A stretch of DNA of 64,000 nucleotides from Candidatus Bathyarchaeia archaeon (GCA_049515895.1 JBEKTQ010000001.1:1-64000), one strand, 5' to 3'; positions 9,179 through 18,405 are shown, numbered from the stretch's first letter. Numbers and translations are program-made. The notes: generated by a model from the sequence alone, not told the origin.

Positions 9179-10330
9179 CTAAATTTTGATCGAATCCAGC
9201 AGGGCAGCCAGGTTTTCCAGATTGACAGCTTGCCAGAACAATCGGTGTATAGGTTTCCCTTTCAGATGTTTACGATATGGAAGATCAGTTCTTATAAAGC
9301 CCATTAGTTTGCTCCTTATGAGCTTCACTTCTTCCCCCGTCATATTTTCCAGAACTCTTGCCATTTGCGCAGCTAAGTCATAGCTTTTCGAAGCTTCTTC
9401 TAACGCTAATTGCTTCCCGACCACTGCTCTAATGTATTGGCACAGAAGCTTAATTCTAAGCGCTCGGATGCTCCATTCAAACCAGGGCTTTTTCTGAGAC
9501 GATCTCACGTAGGTCTGTTGGAAGATTACAATATTATTCTTAATGCTACTGTCAGCTACAGGCGTGTCCAGTAAACAATACTTTTCTATCGTCTTCTCAA
9601 CGTCATTGAGAGCGTCAATTGCCGTTAATTTCAATCCTCTGTATCCAGCCTCAAGTGGCGTCAGAAGATCGATAACAGCTATTATCTCGGAAAGCTGCTT
9701 TTCAGTAAGTTTGGTCTCTTCAGTCAAAACTGACACATCGTAGATCTGTTTGGGAATGTCAGCTGGTTCAATTATGCCCACAGTGTTCTCCGCAAGGGTC
9801 AAAAGTTTGTCACCCACAAGAGAAGAGACTGAATAGCAATCAAGTTTCTTAACCTTCAATGCAAAAGTTTCCACGTTCGCAACGGCCTCAACAGGGAGCT
9901 TGAGGTCTTCAAGCAAAAAATCAATTTTCACCGCACGTGTTCCGCTTTCAGAGGGTATCAATGCCGGCATTTTAGCAAGATAGGTTATCATTTTGATGTC
10001 CTTCTTCGGACGTTTTGGCATGTACTTCTCAAATTCAAAGGTTGGATTTCTTTCATGAATATGAGATAAAACCTCTGCAATATCCCCCTCTTTGAATGGA
10101 CAAACAACGTCAATGTCTATACTGGCTCTTTGGGACTCAATTGGCAAATGAAGCTGAACCGCGGTCCCTCCTTTCAAGATGAACGCCTCGGACTCGTTTT
10201 GGAGCTGAGCCGCAATCTCGCAGTCCCACAGAAAAAACTCCACCGGTATCGGATCCGAAAATCCATGAAGTCTTGCTCTCTCACGAATTTTCTCTTGCGA
10301 AAAGTTAGCCTCATCATGAATAAACGGCAT
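9179..10330 (-). CDS. abiEii: AbiEii/AbiGii-family nucleotidyltransferase toxin (type IV TA)
   Basis: LKGGTA...RASIDID and KLLTL...KQIYD motifs. Confidence 0.8.
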   Translation of the reverse strand: MPFIHDEANFSQEKIRERARLHGFSDPIPVEFFLWDCEIAAQLQNESEAFILKGGTAVQLHLPIESQRASIDIDVVCPFKEGDIAEVLSHIHERNPTFEFEKYMPKRPKKDIKMITYLAKMPALIPSESGTRAVKIDFLLEDLKLPVEAVANVETFALKVKKLDCYSVSSLVGDKLLTLAENTVGIIEPADIPKQIYDVSVLTEETKLTEKQLSEIIAVIDLLTPLEAGYRGLKLTAIDALNDVEKTIEKYCLLDTPVADSSIKNNIVIFQQTYVRSSQKKPWFEWSIRALRIKLLCQYIRAVVGKQLALEEASKSYDLAAQMARVLENMTGEEVKLIRSKLMGFIRTDLPYRKHLKGKPIHRLFWQAVNLENLAALLDSIKI

Positions 10331-10334
10331 CCTT

Positions 10335-11153
10335 TCACTCCATAGCTCCTCTGAGAACTTGCATTACTTTCTCATTTTTCACGCCAGCAGGCAGCGGAAC
10401 AACCGGAACCAGAACCTTAACAATTGATTGGATTTCACCCTTCACTCCACGTCGTGCAGCCAAACTTAGCAACCTTGCAATTTCAATCTTCTCAGTCCTA
10501 AACGCATTTGCCATGATTCGTCCCACTTCCAGTTCCGGAAAAGGGATCCGACGCCGAGTTGCTTCAAAGTATACATCCACAAGAGCTTTTTCCAAGACGG
10601 CCCTACCATTAATGTTACCCGGCAACTCTGCAAACTCTCGGATTACGAAAACATCCCTATCCCCAAAAGTTTCAAGACCCATTTCTACCTCTCCTCTTCT
10701 CGGATTTAGGAGAGTTAGAAAGTTTTCTTTCTTAAGGATTGTACTCGCAAATTCCCCAGCCCCGTCAATGACGTAAATTAGATGTATTAACCTTCTTGGC
10801 AAAAGATGATAGTATCCTGCTAACGCTGAAGGCCCAGTAATCATGAATTCAACGCCTTTCTCCTTCAAGACCTGTTCTGCTCTAATCAAAACCCCTGAAG
10901 TCAAGGTAACAATCAACTTGTCTGAAATCGTAATTGCTTCCGTCTGAACTGCTTTCTTCTCGGCGATGCTGTAAAGGCCTCTCCCAAATTTTGTCAATAA
11001 ACCTTCTCTAACAAGCCCATGAAGAATTTGATAGGATGCGTTATGTGAGTAGCCCATTTCTCTCTTCAGTGCGGCCGTTGCTTGTTTTGTTGTGAAAGAC
11101 TCTTGTCCAAACACGGCCTTAAGATGGTCTAACGCTGTGCTCGTCCATTTCAT
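10335..11153 (-). CDS. AbiEi-like antitoxin (N-terminal wHTH); likely start MKWTST at 11153
   Basis: LHGLVREGLLTKFGRGLY wHTH wing and LEKALVD motif; directly upstream of AbiEii. Confidence 0.75.
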   Translation of the reverse strand: MKWTSTALDHLKAVFGQESFTTKQATAALKREMGYSHNASYQILHGLVREGLLTKFGRGLYSIAEKKAVQTEAITISDKLIVTLTSGVLIRAEQVLKEKGVEFMITGPSALAGYYHLLPRRLIHLIYVIDGAGEFASTILKKENFLTLLNPRRGEVEMGLETFGDRDVFVIREFAELPGNINGRAVLEKALVDVYFEATRRRIPFPELEVGRIMANAFRTEKIEIARLLSLAARRGVKGEIQSIVKVLVPVVPLPAGVKNEKVMQVLRGAME

Positions 11154-11345
11154 GGCATCTACTAAGAAACAACAAAAATAAAAATTTTTGCATTTACTTA
11201 GTAAAATATGCAATAAAATTTCAATCTTTCTCTGCAATTTTATAACTAACTACTTTCCGCCTTAACCTTCCTCTATACTCTCTAAATCCCGCCTCCCCCG
11301 CCAAAGCTGGTTTCCGCCCGTTTTTCCCTATTTTGGGTTTGGGGA

Positions 11346-11484
11346 TTATCGCTTGCGTTTTCTCGAGTTTTCTTACCGTTAAAGTCGCAGACGAACTTAA
11401 AACCGGATTCTGTGAGTTGGCAGGTCTCTTGTTCCGAATGGGCTATTCTTGCTAATTGCGCTTTGAAAGTTAACCCTTGTGTTA
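11346..11484 (-). pseudogene. Degenerate C-terminal remnant of a tyrosine recombinase/integrase
   Basis: VNFQS..ARIAHSEQETCQLTESGFKFVCDFNGKK..RKRKR* with frameshifts; resembles from memory the tail after the catalytic Tyr of Bathyarchaeia-type integrases (LVNF.SDE..A...EE...LIEAGFEYVC..DG.KLFRKRK); not verified by search. Confidence 0.55.
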
Positions 11485-11785
11485 GCGGTTATTCTTAATT
11501 TTTCCGCCTTGACTATTCCAGATTATTTGAGATTAATCGGGTAATCGGGAGATTTAAGGAGTTTTAGGGAGAATTTGAAAATTTTCCATCGCCTTACCTC
11601 GCTAATTCCCTCATCAGCGTTGACTTTCTTAGACTTTTTTAGACGACTATTGACTTTTACAGACGACTATAGACTTTAGCAGACTTCTATTGACTTTTTA
11701 CGACGAATTTAGACTTTTTAAGACGCAACCTGCAAACAAACCAAACCCCAAACCAAAAAACCAACCCAAAACAACAAGAACAGAA
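11441..11785 (+). repeat. Dispersed decamer-array repeat, copy B (head, GAGATT decamers, 11 x 10-bp GAC units, tail)
   Basis: 44-bp head is 43/44 identical to 18406-18449; GAC at 11622, 11632 ... 11722; tail GACGCAACCTGCA. Confidence 0.9.
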
Positions 11786-11804
11786 CTCAGGCACTCAAAA
11801 CATG

Positions 11805-11906
11805 AACAGCTAAACATAGTCGCCCTTGGCTTTTGCCCAAATTAAAGAATGGCTTTTATAATCATTGCACAGACTTAAGGCAGAATATAAATTGCCAATA
11901 GAATAC
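11805..11906 (+). repeat. 102-bp direct repeat, copy 1 (promoter + first codons of the yprB-like gene, ATG changed to AAG)
   Basis: Colinear with 12721-12822: TGGCTTTTG..CAAATTAAAGA.TGGCTTTTATAATCATTG...GGCAGAA.ATAA.TTGCCAATAGAATAC. Confidence 0.85.
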
Positions 11907-11966
11907 AATAACCGGGACATTACTTTAGAGCTTGGATATTTTATTAGAAAGAAGACATAAAAAAAA

Positions 11967-12371
11967 TTAAGTTGTAGTGCACCATTTTGTTTTTAGATTT
12001 TGTATTTCCTTGAAGTGTGCGTCATCGGAAAACAGGGTGCACTCCTTAATTTGAGCGGATGCAGCGATTATGCTGTCAGCCATCGGTATTGAATGTCCGC
12101 TTCTAAGTTCCGCACTTTTCACTGCTGTCTCATAGTCCACGTCAATAATTTGAAAGTCTCGGCGTATAGTGTTGCTTCTTAGGGCTGCAACATCCTTTCC
12201 TTCTCTTTTCAAATTGATGCGGTGTATCTCGTGAATTGTCAATGAAGAAACCATCCTTTCCTTAACTGTCCTTAAATCTTCTTTGAGTTTTCTTAGAAGC
12301 TCAGTGTCTTCTGAATAGAAATACTCTACGAAAAAACGAGTGTCATATAAGCGCCTTTCAGGCATCCTCAT
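11967..12371 (-). CDS. vapC: VapC-type PIN domain toxin
   Basis: LYDTRFF, IHE, MADSIIAASA, SDDAHF PIN motifs. Confidence 0.85.
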   Translation of the reverse strand: MRMPERRLYDTRFFVEYFYSEDTELLRKLKEDLRTVKERMVSSLTIHEIHRINLKREGKDVAALRSNTIRRDFQIIDVDYETAVKSAELRSGHSIPMADSIIAASAQIKECTLFSDDAHFKEIQNLKTKWCTTT

Positions 12372-12585
12372 CCCTCATCTGGTCGAGCATTTTCTTTAAC
12401 TCGTTAACGTTGCCCTTTCCAGCGCCGCTTCCGGCGAGATCGAAAATGCTTGGGGTCTTCTTTATCACTATCATGCCGTCTTGCTCCACAATCTTTACTT
12501 TGGAGCTTTCTTCTATGCCAAACTTTCTTCTAAGTTCTACTGGAATAGTGACTTGCCCCTTCCTTGTAACAACAACTTCAGTCAT
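12358..12585 (-). CDS. vapB: AbrB/MazE-family antitoxin
   Basis: VTRKGQVTIPVELRRKFGI; overlaps vapC start. Confidence 0.9.
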   Translation of the reverse strand: MTEVVVTRKGQVTIPVELRRKFGIEESSKVKIVEQDGMIVIKKTPSIFDLAGSGAGKGNVNELKKMLDQMRDEDA

Positions 12586-12597
12586 ACTTTAACCACA

Positions 12598-12626
12598 GTA
12601 CAACTTAACCAAAAGTACTACTTAAC
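12598..12626 (-). promoter_or_regulatory. Tandem GTTAAGTWGTAC boxes, putative AbrB operator
   Basis: Two 12-bp boxes (12598-12609, 12615-12626); same box at 17296-17307 upstream of the paralogous AbrB gene. Confidence 0.55.
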
Positions 12627-12720
12627 TTTTCTCCAACACAACAACTAAGACCCCCAAAATAAATCAACTTGTGGGACAAGGATTTTCCTGAAAAAAGAAC
12701 GCAACATCAAGTCAAACATC

Positions 12721-12822
12721 AACAGCTAAATCCAATTGTTGCTGGCTTTTGGTCAAATTAAAGAGTGGCTTTTATAATCATTGAGTTGATTTATGGCAGA
12801 ACATAAGTTGCCAATAGAATAC
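12721..12822 (+). repeat. 102-bp direct repeat, copy 2 (promoter/start of the yprB-like gene)
   Basis: Colinear with 11805-11906; contains TTTTATAA TATA box and ATG at 12793. Confidence 0.85.
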
Positions 12823-14079
12823 GTTTGCAGAAAATGCAAAAAAATTTATTCGAACCAAGAGTGTGAGCAGAGCAGGTTTTGCAGGGTTTGTGGTTCTTTT
12901 CTTTTGCGGAATTTTAGGGATGATCGTTATGCTCAGATGTTGGCTCAAAAAAGCTTTGGCAATCAAGCTTCCGCAGTTGGTGGGAATGGTTCTTTCAAAG
13001 AAAAAATCGCGTTGACACGGGCAGCTGAAAGTCTAAGCGAAAGAGTAGCTCGTTCAAAAGAATATGAGGTAATTTCTGAAACAGAAAAAGCAATAGAGCA
13101 ACCTGCTGGGTCGGCGGTTGAGAGCTGGATTTGGATCAGCGAGTACGATGAGGCACTCAAACTTGAAAAGAAACTTATCAAACAATACGAAGGCAAAAAC
13201 CTCCAAGATGCAGTAACTGGAGAGGTTGTTTCAAATCAGCAAGGCGAGTGCTAACAAATCTCAGCTTCTTGCACTTCTACTTTCAAAAAGGCAACTTATC
13301 AGGAAAGCAGACAACTAATTATTTCAGACCTGAAAGCTCTTCCTGGAATAGGACCCGCACGCGAACAAACCCTAAAGCAGCAGGGCTATACGACAATAGA
13401 AGACCTTGAAAATCACCCCCTTTGGAAAAAACAAGCCCATGCCTTCATGAAAATAATAGATAAAAAAGAAATCCCCCTGATTCAAAACTGGCTTTGGCAA
13501 CGCTTTCCAAAATCGCATCCGCTGCTTCATTATTTAGCTGGTTTCTGCCAAGATCAAGACTTCGCCATCGTAGACATCGAAACTTTGGGGCTGTCAGAGC
13601 GCCCCATAATTCTGCTTGGCGTAGCTAAACCAACCAAAACTCATGTTTCTACAAGCCAGTTTTTGCTAAGAGACATTCAAGACGAACCCAGTGCCATCTG
13701 GGCTCTTATTTCCCAGCTTGAACCCAACTTATCACTCATAACTTATAACGGCAGAAGCTTTGACATTCCATACATTAAGCAAAGATTAGCCTACTACGGA
13801 TTAGATGCGCCGCTGGATAACCCGCATTTTGATGTTCTCCACTTCACCAGAAGGGCACTGCGCCACAAACTGTCAGATTGCAAACTGGAAACCGTGGAAA
13901 AATACATCGGAATAAAAAGAGACATCAACATTCCAGGCGCCTTAGTTCCCCACTTCTACGAAACTTACTTGAGAACCAAAAATGTAGGACCGCTCGTCGC
14001 AATAGTTGAGCACAACAGGCAAGACCTGCTAACGCTTGGAACATTATTTTCCAAGCTTTATGAGGAGTGGGACCTTTGA
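12793..14079 (+). pseudogene. YprB/MrfB-like RNase H-fold exonuclease (Zn ribbon + HhH + DEDD) interrupted by one in-frame TAA at 13252-13254
   Basis: ORFs 12793..13254 and 13447..14079 share a frame; the gap is open and encodes LKALPGIGPAREQTLKQQGY (HhH); VDIETLGL, TYNGRSFDIP, HNRQDL motifs. Confidence 0.8.
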
Positions 14080-16352
14080 TAGACGACTTTATTCAAAGCA
14101 TAAAGCACATGCAAGGCTACAAAAAACAGATTGTGCACATACAAGAAATTCCTCCGCAAGAAGCATGTTTTGGTGAACTGGAAAAATCCCTGCCGCAAAA
14201 CATTCAAAATTGCTTATTGACCCGGGACATCCATCTTTATTCGCACCAGGCTGAAGCAATAAACAAAGCGAGAGCAGGCAAAAACGTGGCGATTGTTACT
14301 CCGACCGCTTCAGGAAAAACCTTAGCTTTCAACATTCCTGTTCTTGAAGCTCTCACAAAAGACTCCGAAGCAACTGCGCTGTACCTTTACCCGACAAAGG
14401 CGCTGACAAACGATCAGCTAAAAGTTCTAAGAGAACTAGAAAAAGAAACAGGAATCCAAGCTTACCCCAACGTTTACGACGGTGATACCCCTCAAAGTCA
14501 AAGGGCAAGCATAAGAGAAAACAGTAAAATAATCTTAAGCAACCCCTATGGGCTCCACCAGTACCTTCCATGGCACTATAAGTGGCGAAGCTTCCTTGGA
14601 AACCTCAAATTCGTAATAATCGATGAAGCCCACGTTTACCGCGGCGTATTTGGCTCAAACGTAGCTATGCTTCTGAGGCGGCTCATGAGGGTATGCAATT
14701 ATTACCATGCAGACCCACAAATCATTCTTTCGTCAGCCACCATCGCAAACCCCCAAGAGCACGCAAAGAAACTGACGGGAAAAGACCTCGAAATCGTCTC
14801 AAACGACGGTGCACCCAGAGGAAAGAAATCATTCCTGTTCTGGAACCCACCATTCATCGACGACGCCAACACAACTCGCAGATCTACTCATCAAGAAACC
14901 AAAGACCTCCTAACCCTCAACATCACAAAAAACTTGCAAACCCTCTGCTTTACAACATCCCGCCAAATGGCTGAGCTTATAACAAGATGGACTAAAGAAG
15001 ACCTCAAAAAAAGATCGCCAAAACTAGCCAACGCCGTTACCGCTTACAGAGCTGGCTATCTGCCTCAAGAACGACGTGAAATAGAAAACCGACTAAAAAC
15101 AAAAAGCTTAATCGGAGTCGTCTCAACCAACGCGCTCGAGTTGGGAATCGATATTGGTTCTTTGGATTCAGTGATTATCTCTGGTTACCCGGGAACTGTC
15201 ATATCGACTTGGCAGCAAGCGGGAAGAGCCGGCAGAACCAACGCAGATTCACTTGTAACACTGGTTGCTTTTCAAAACCCGCTTGACCAATACTTCATGA
15301 AGCATCCTCAAGATTTCTTTGGAATGCCGCATGAACAAGCCATCATTGATTTGCATAACCGCTACATTTCTTTGGGGCACATTATGTGTGCAGCAAGCGA
15401 ACTCCCCCTGACAGAGGTAGACAAAAAATATTTTCCAGAACTATTCCAAGAGAGCGTTCAAGCTCTTGAACAACAAAACCTGGTTCGCAAAACGCCAAGA
15501 GGATATGTTTATTCGGGCACGGCAAGACCTGTCGAGGTTGTAACGTTGGAGAGCATCTCCGACAAAACCGTCACTGTAATCTGCAACGGAACCGTACTCG
15601 AAACCCTCTCCTTAAACAAGGCCTACGAAGAAGCACACGCGGGAGCGGTCTTACTTCATCAAGGCGAAGCATACATCTCTGAAGAATTAGACCTCAATCA
15701 GTTAACGGCTAAAGTCACACAAGAAAACGTCAACTACTACACAGAAGCATTGAAAACAGTGGATGTCGCCATAAAGAAAAACCTTGAAGAAAAACAAATC
15801 GGAATCCAAGTTGGGTTATGCGAATTAATTACAACGGAATTTTACCACACTTACGTCACCAAATCGTATGATGAGGTTGTTGAGAGGAAACCGCTTAATC
15901 TCCCGCCGTTATCCTTTTCAACTGTCGGCATGTGGTTTATTATTCCAGAGGCGATCAAGAAAGAAATCGAAGATAGCGGGCTCGATTTTGACGGGGGAAT
16001 ACATGCGGTGGAACATGCGATGATTGCTATGGCGCCGATTTTTGCTATGTGCGACAGATGGGACATTGGAGGCTTATCAACTCCTCTGCATCCGGACACG
16101 GGGAACCCAACGATTTTCATTTATGACGGCTTCGAAGGCGGGATCGGAATTTCAGAAAACCTCTACCAAAACATAAAACCCCTACTCGAAAAAACCTTAG
16201 AGCTGATTGAGAATTGCGAGTGCAAAGACGGTTGCCCCTCATGCATCTACTCGCCCAAATGTGGGAACGAAAACAAACCCTTAGACAAAAAAGCAGCAAG
16301 TGTAATCCTAAAAAGGCTATTAAGCAAAATAAATCAAAAAACGGGCAAATAG
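14067..16352 (+). CDS. DEAH-box helicase with C-terminal DUF1998 (YprA/MrfA/Hrq1-like)
   Basis: PTASGKT, DEAH, SATIANP, QQAGRAGR and C-terminal CECKDGCPSC..SPKC. Confidence 0.92.
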   Translation: MGPLIDDFIQSIKHMQGYKKQIVHIQEIPPQEACFGELEKSLPQNIQNCLLTRDIHLYSHQAEAINKARAGKNVAIVTPTASGKTLAFNIPVLEALTKDSEATALYLYPTKALTNDQLKVLRELEKETGIQAYPNVYDGDTPQSQRASIRENSKIILSNPYGLHQYLPWHYKWRSFLGNLKFVIIDEAHVYRGVFGSNVAMLLRRLMRVCNYYHADPQIILSSATIANPQEHAKKLTGKDLEIVSNDGAPRGKKSFLFWNPPFIDDANTTRRSTHQETKDLLTLNITKNLQTLCFTTSRQMAELITRWTKEDLKKRSPKLANAVTAYRAGYLPQERREIENRLKTKSLIGVVSTNALELGIDIGSLDSVIISGYPGTVISTWQQAGRAGRTNADSLVTLVAFQNPLDQYFMKHPQDFFGMPHEQAIIDLHNRYISLGHIMCAASELPLTEVDKKYFPELFQESVQALEQQNLVRKTPRGYVYSGTARPVEVVTLESISDKTVTVICNGTVLETLSLNKAYEEAHAGAVLLHQGEAYISEELDLNQLTAKVTQENVNYYTEALKTVDVAIKKNLEEKQIGIQVGLCELITTEFYHTYVTKSYDEVVERKPLNLPPLSFSTVGMWFIIPEAIKKEIEDSGLDFDGGIHAVEHAMIAMAPIFAMCDRWDIGGLSTPLHPDTGNPTIFIYDGFEGGIGISENLYQNIKPLLEKTLELIENCECKDGCPSCIYSPKCGNENKPLDKKAASVILKRLLSKINQKTGK

Positions 16353-16445
16353 AACGAGTCTTTTAGTACCCTTAATTTTCTTTTTCAAAAAGCAAATGAG
16401 AGAAAACAGAAAGAATACTGATAGTTCACCCTGTGAAGTTAATTT

Positions 16446-16523
16446 TGGTGCGGTCGCCGAGATTTGAACCCGGGTATTCAGCGGGGCAAGCTGATGTACT
16501 AGACCAAGCTAGACTACGACCCT
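16446..16523 (-). pseudogene. Degenerate tRNA-Gly(GCC) copy, possible att-site remnant
   Basis: AGGGTCGTAGTCTAGCTTGGTCTAGTACATCAGCTTGCCCCGCTGAATACCCGGGTTCAAATCTCGGCGACCGCACCA: T-loop, GCC anticodon and CCA present, but pairs 1-72 and 2-71 broken, C at 37, and 5' end overlaps the hepT stop codon. Confidence 0.8.
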
Positions 16524-16869
16524 ATTTTTCCTTGTTTTTCTCTAGTATTTTTTCAAACTGCGGCTTTAGAGCGGGTAAATCATTGTTAACCGTGTTCCAG
16601 ACCCTTTTTAGGTCGACTCCAAAGTACTCGTGAATTACTTTGTCTCTCATACCAGCCATCTTCTTCCATGGTATTTGGCTATATTCCGCTTTGATTGAGG
16701 AGGGCACATTTTTGGTCGCTTCTCCAATAATCTCTAAAGCTCTGATAACTGCGTATGTAGTTCTACTGTCTTTAACAAATACCTCATAATCCATGTTTTT
16801 GACAAAGCTTAAGGCGTCATCTATAGCCTTGATTATGTCTTCAATGTAATCAATGAATTCCTTTGTCAT
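16522..16869 (-). CDS. hepT: HepT-like HEPN ribonuclease toxin (DUF86)
   Basis: LEIIGEA...IPW..MAGMRDKVIHEYFGVD (Rx4HxY). Confidence 0.92.
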   Translation of the reverse strand: MTKEFIDYIEDIIKAIDDALSFVKNMDYEVFVKDSRTTYAVIRALEIIGEATKNVPSSIKAEYSQIPWKKMAGMRDKVIHEYFGVDLKRVWNTVNNDLPALKPQFEKILEKNKEK

Positions 16870-17165
16870 ACGTTTACAACTTCTTCTAAAACATGCTTTC
16901 CAATTCTAGGCTTCAGAGTTCCCTTTTCTACCAAGTCGACTTTGACACCTAACATATCCGTAAGATAGTTCTCTAATCCAATAAAATCCAACAAGCTTAG
17001 TTCGGAAGACTCTTCAAAATCGACTAAGATATCGACATCGCTTTTTTTCTTTTGTTCCCCTCTTACGTAGGAACCAAAAATTCCGATGTCTTTTACTTGA
17101 TAATTCTGCTTTAGCTCTTCTTTGTGTTCGCTCAATATTTTTTTTATTTGGTCAATTGTTATCAT
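16866..17165 (-). CDS. mntA: MntA-like minimal nucleotidyltransferase antitoxin
   Basis: IFGSYVRGEQ...SDVDILV, KVDLV. Confidence 0.92.
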   Translation of the reverse strand: MITIDQIKKILSEHKEELKQNYQVKDIGIFGSYVRGEQKKKSDVDILVDFEESSELSLLDFIGLENYLTDMLGVKVDLVEKGTLKPRIGKHVLEEVVNV

Positions 17166-17344
17166 TGATTTTCACTGTATAGTTTGCCGGTGAAAAGTTA
17201 AGGTTTACTATCCGAAGGGTTTTAAGAAGGTTGGTATGGCGCGGTCTCCTAGGACGCGCCTTTTGTTTTTAAATTGGTTTGGGGAGAAAGTAATAGTTAA
17301 GTTGTACCTGCTGCAATGTACTACTTGAAGGTTGAAGTTGAACT

Positions 17345-17575
17345 GTGTATGAAGTGCTTGTAACCCGCAAAGGGCAAATCACAGTTCCTATCGCCCTTAG
17401 GCGCAAGTACGGAATAAAACAGGGAATGAAAATGATAGTGCAGGACTCAGGCGAAGGCATAGTTCTACAAGTTATTCCCAGATTTGAAGACCTTATTGGA
17501 ATAGATGCTGGAAAAATAGACCCGAAAAAAGTAATAGAAATGCTGGATAAAATGCGATCCGAAGACAGATACTAA
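17345..17575 (+). CDS. vapB: AbrB/MazE-family antitoxin
   Basis: VTRKGQITVPIALRRKYGI. Confidence 0.88.
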   Translation: MYEVLVTRKGQITVPIALRRKYGIKQGMKMIVQDSGEGIVLQVIPRFEDLIGIDAGKIDPKKVIEMLDKMRSEDRY

Positions 17576-17979
17576 TGAAAGCCGTAATAGATACGCGACT
17601 CTTTATCGATAGCTTGACAAGAGAAGACGAACAATTCAAAAAATGGGCAAAATCCACTCTTCAAACTATTCAGACAAGTGAAAATTTGGGTATAGTCCCA
17701 TCAATAGTAATACATGAGTTTTATAAGTTTCAACTAGAAAACCTTGGAAAAGATGTTGCTGAATTAAGAGTTAACTCCCTTCTCAAATTAAATCTTAAAA
17801 TTGTAAATCTGGACATACCTATTGCAATACAGGCGGCAAAACTACGATGCAAATACGCCGAGTTGCCAACAGCCGACGCTATAATTGCAGCAACTGCAAT
17901 TGCAATGTCCTGCGACTATATCTTAACCGACGACAAACACATCAAACAAATAAAAGAAACAAAAACAAGATGGATCTAA
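17575..17979 (+). CDS. vapC: VapC-type PIN domain toxin
   Basis: VIDTR, IHE, ADAIIAATA, LTDDKH; TAATG coupling to the antitoxin. Confidence 0.88.
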   Translation: MKAVIDTRLFIDSLTREDEQFKKWAKSTLQTIQTSENLGIVPSIVIHEFYKFQLENLGKDVAELRVNSLLKLNLKIVNLDIPIAIQAAKLRCKYAELPTADAIIAATAIAMSCDYILTDDKHIKQIKETKTRWI

Positions 17980-18003
17980 GCGACAGCGTTATGACCGATA
18001 AAA

Positions 18004-18108
18004 TCAAGGCCTTAGACAAGACCATAATTGGGTATGCAACTTTTCCTCTGACTTCCTATAGAAATGCTCTGCTTGTCTGGACAAAATAACCGTGCATTTG
18101 GGTTTCAA
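18004..18108 (-). pseudogene. Truncated RelE/ParE-like toxin (N-terminal 34 aa)
   Basis: MKPKCTVILSRQAEHFYRKSEEK... starts at a TTG overlapping the antitoxin TGA; resembles a RelE N-terminus (xVxLSxxAxKFYxKL). Confidence 0.6.
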
Positions 18109-18326
18109 CAGGCGTCTTCCTTCAGAAGCGTCCTCAACTCTTGTACTCTTCCCGCTTTAATGTCCGCTTGCCCTTCCTCTATGGCTTTCATCATTTCGGG
18201 GTCTCTTAAAATTTCAAAGGTTTCAACCAGTTCCCCCATAAGCTTGGTTGCTTCATCAAGTTTTTGCTTGGTTTCAGCGAGAAGTTTACGATCTTCCTCA
18301 TCCAAATGTACAGTCTTAGCCATCAA
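18105..18326 (-). CDS. RelB/Phd-like antitoxin
   Basis: ETFEILRDPEMMKAIEEGQADIKAGRV, typical antitoxin C-terminus. Confidence 0.75.
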   Translation of the reverse strand: MMAKTVHLDEEDRKLLAETKQKLDEATKLMGELVETFEILRDPEMMKAIEEGQADIKAGRVQELRTLLKEDAC

Positions 18327-18405
18327 AGATCACTACGGGATATGAATGCGAGAAGCGTCTTATAAATTTGAAAAAAACTGCTTCTTCTCAAAGAGTGGAT
18401 ATCGA

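Noticed and set aside
11621-11730. Decamer arrays (also 18545-18654) as a CRISPR or mini-CRISPR array
   Set aside because: Unit is only 10 bp with a 3-bp invariant core; no repeat-spacer architecture and no cas genes in the window
16433-16633. 66-aa ORF MKLILVRSPRFEPG...
   Set aside because: Antisense translation of the tRNA-Gly remnant and hepT; no integrase coding sequence follows
17237-17270. TGGCGCGGTCTCC as a second tRNA-Gly 3' att fragment
   Set aside because: Only 11/13 match to 16446-16458; equally explained as a GC hairpin followed by a T-run
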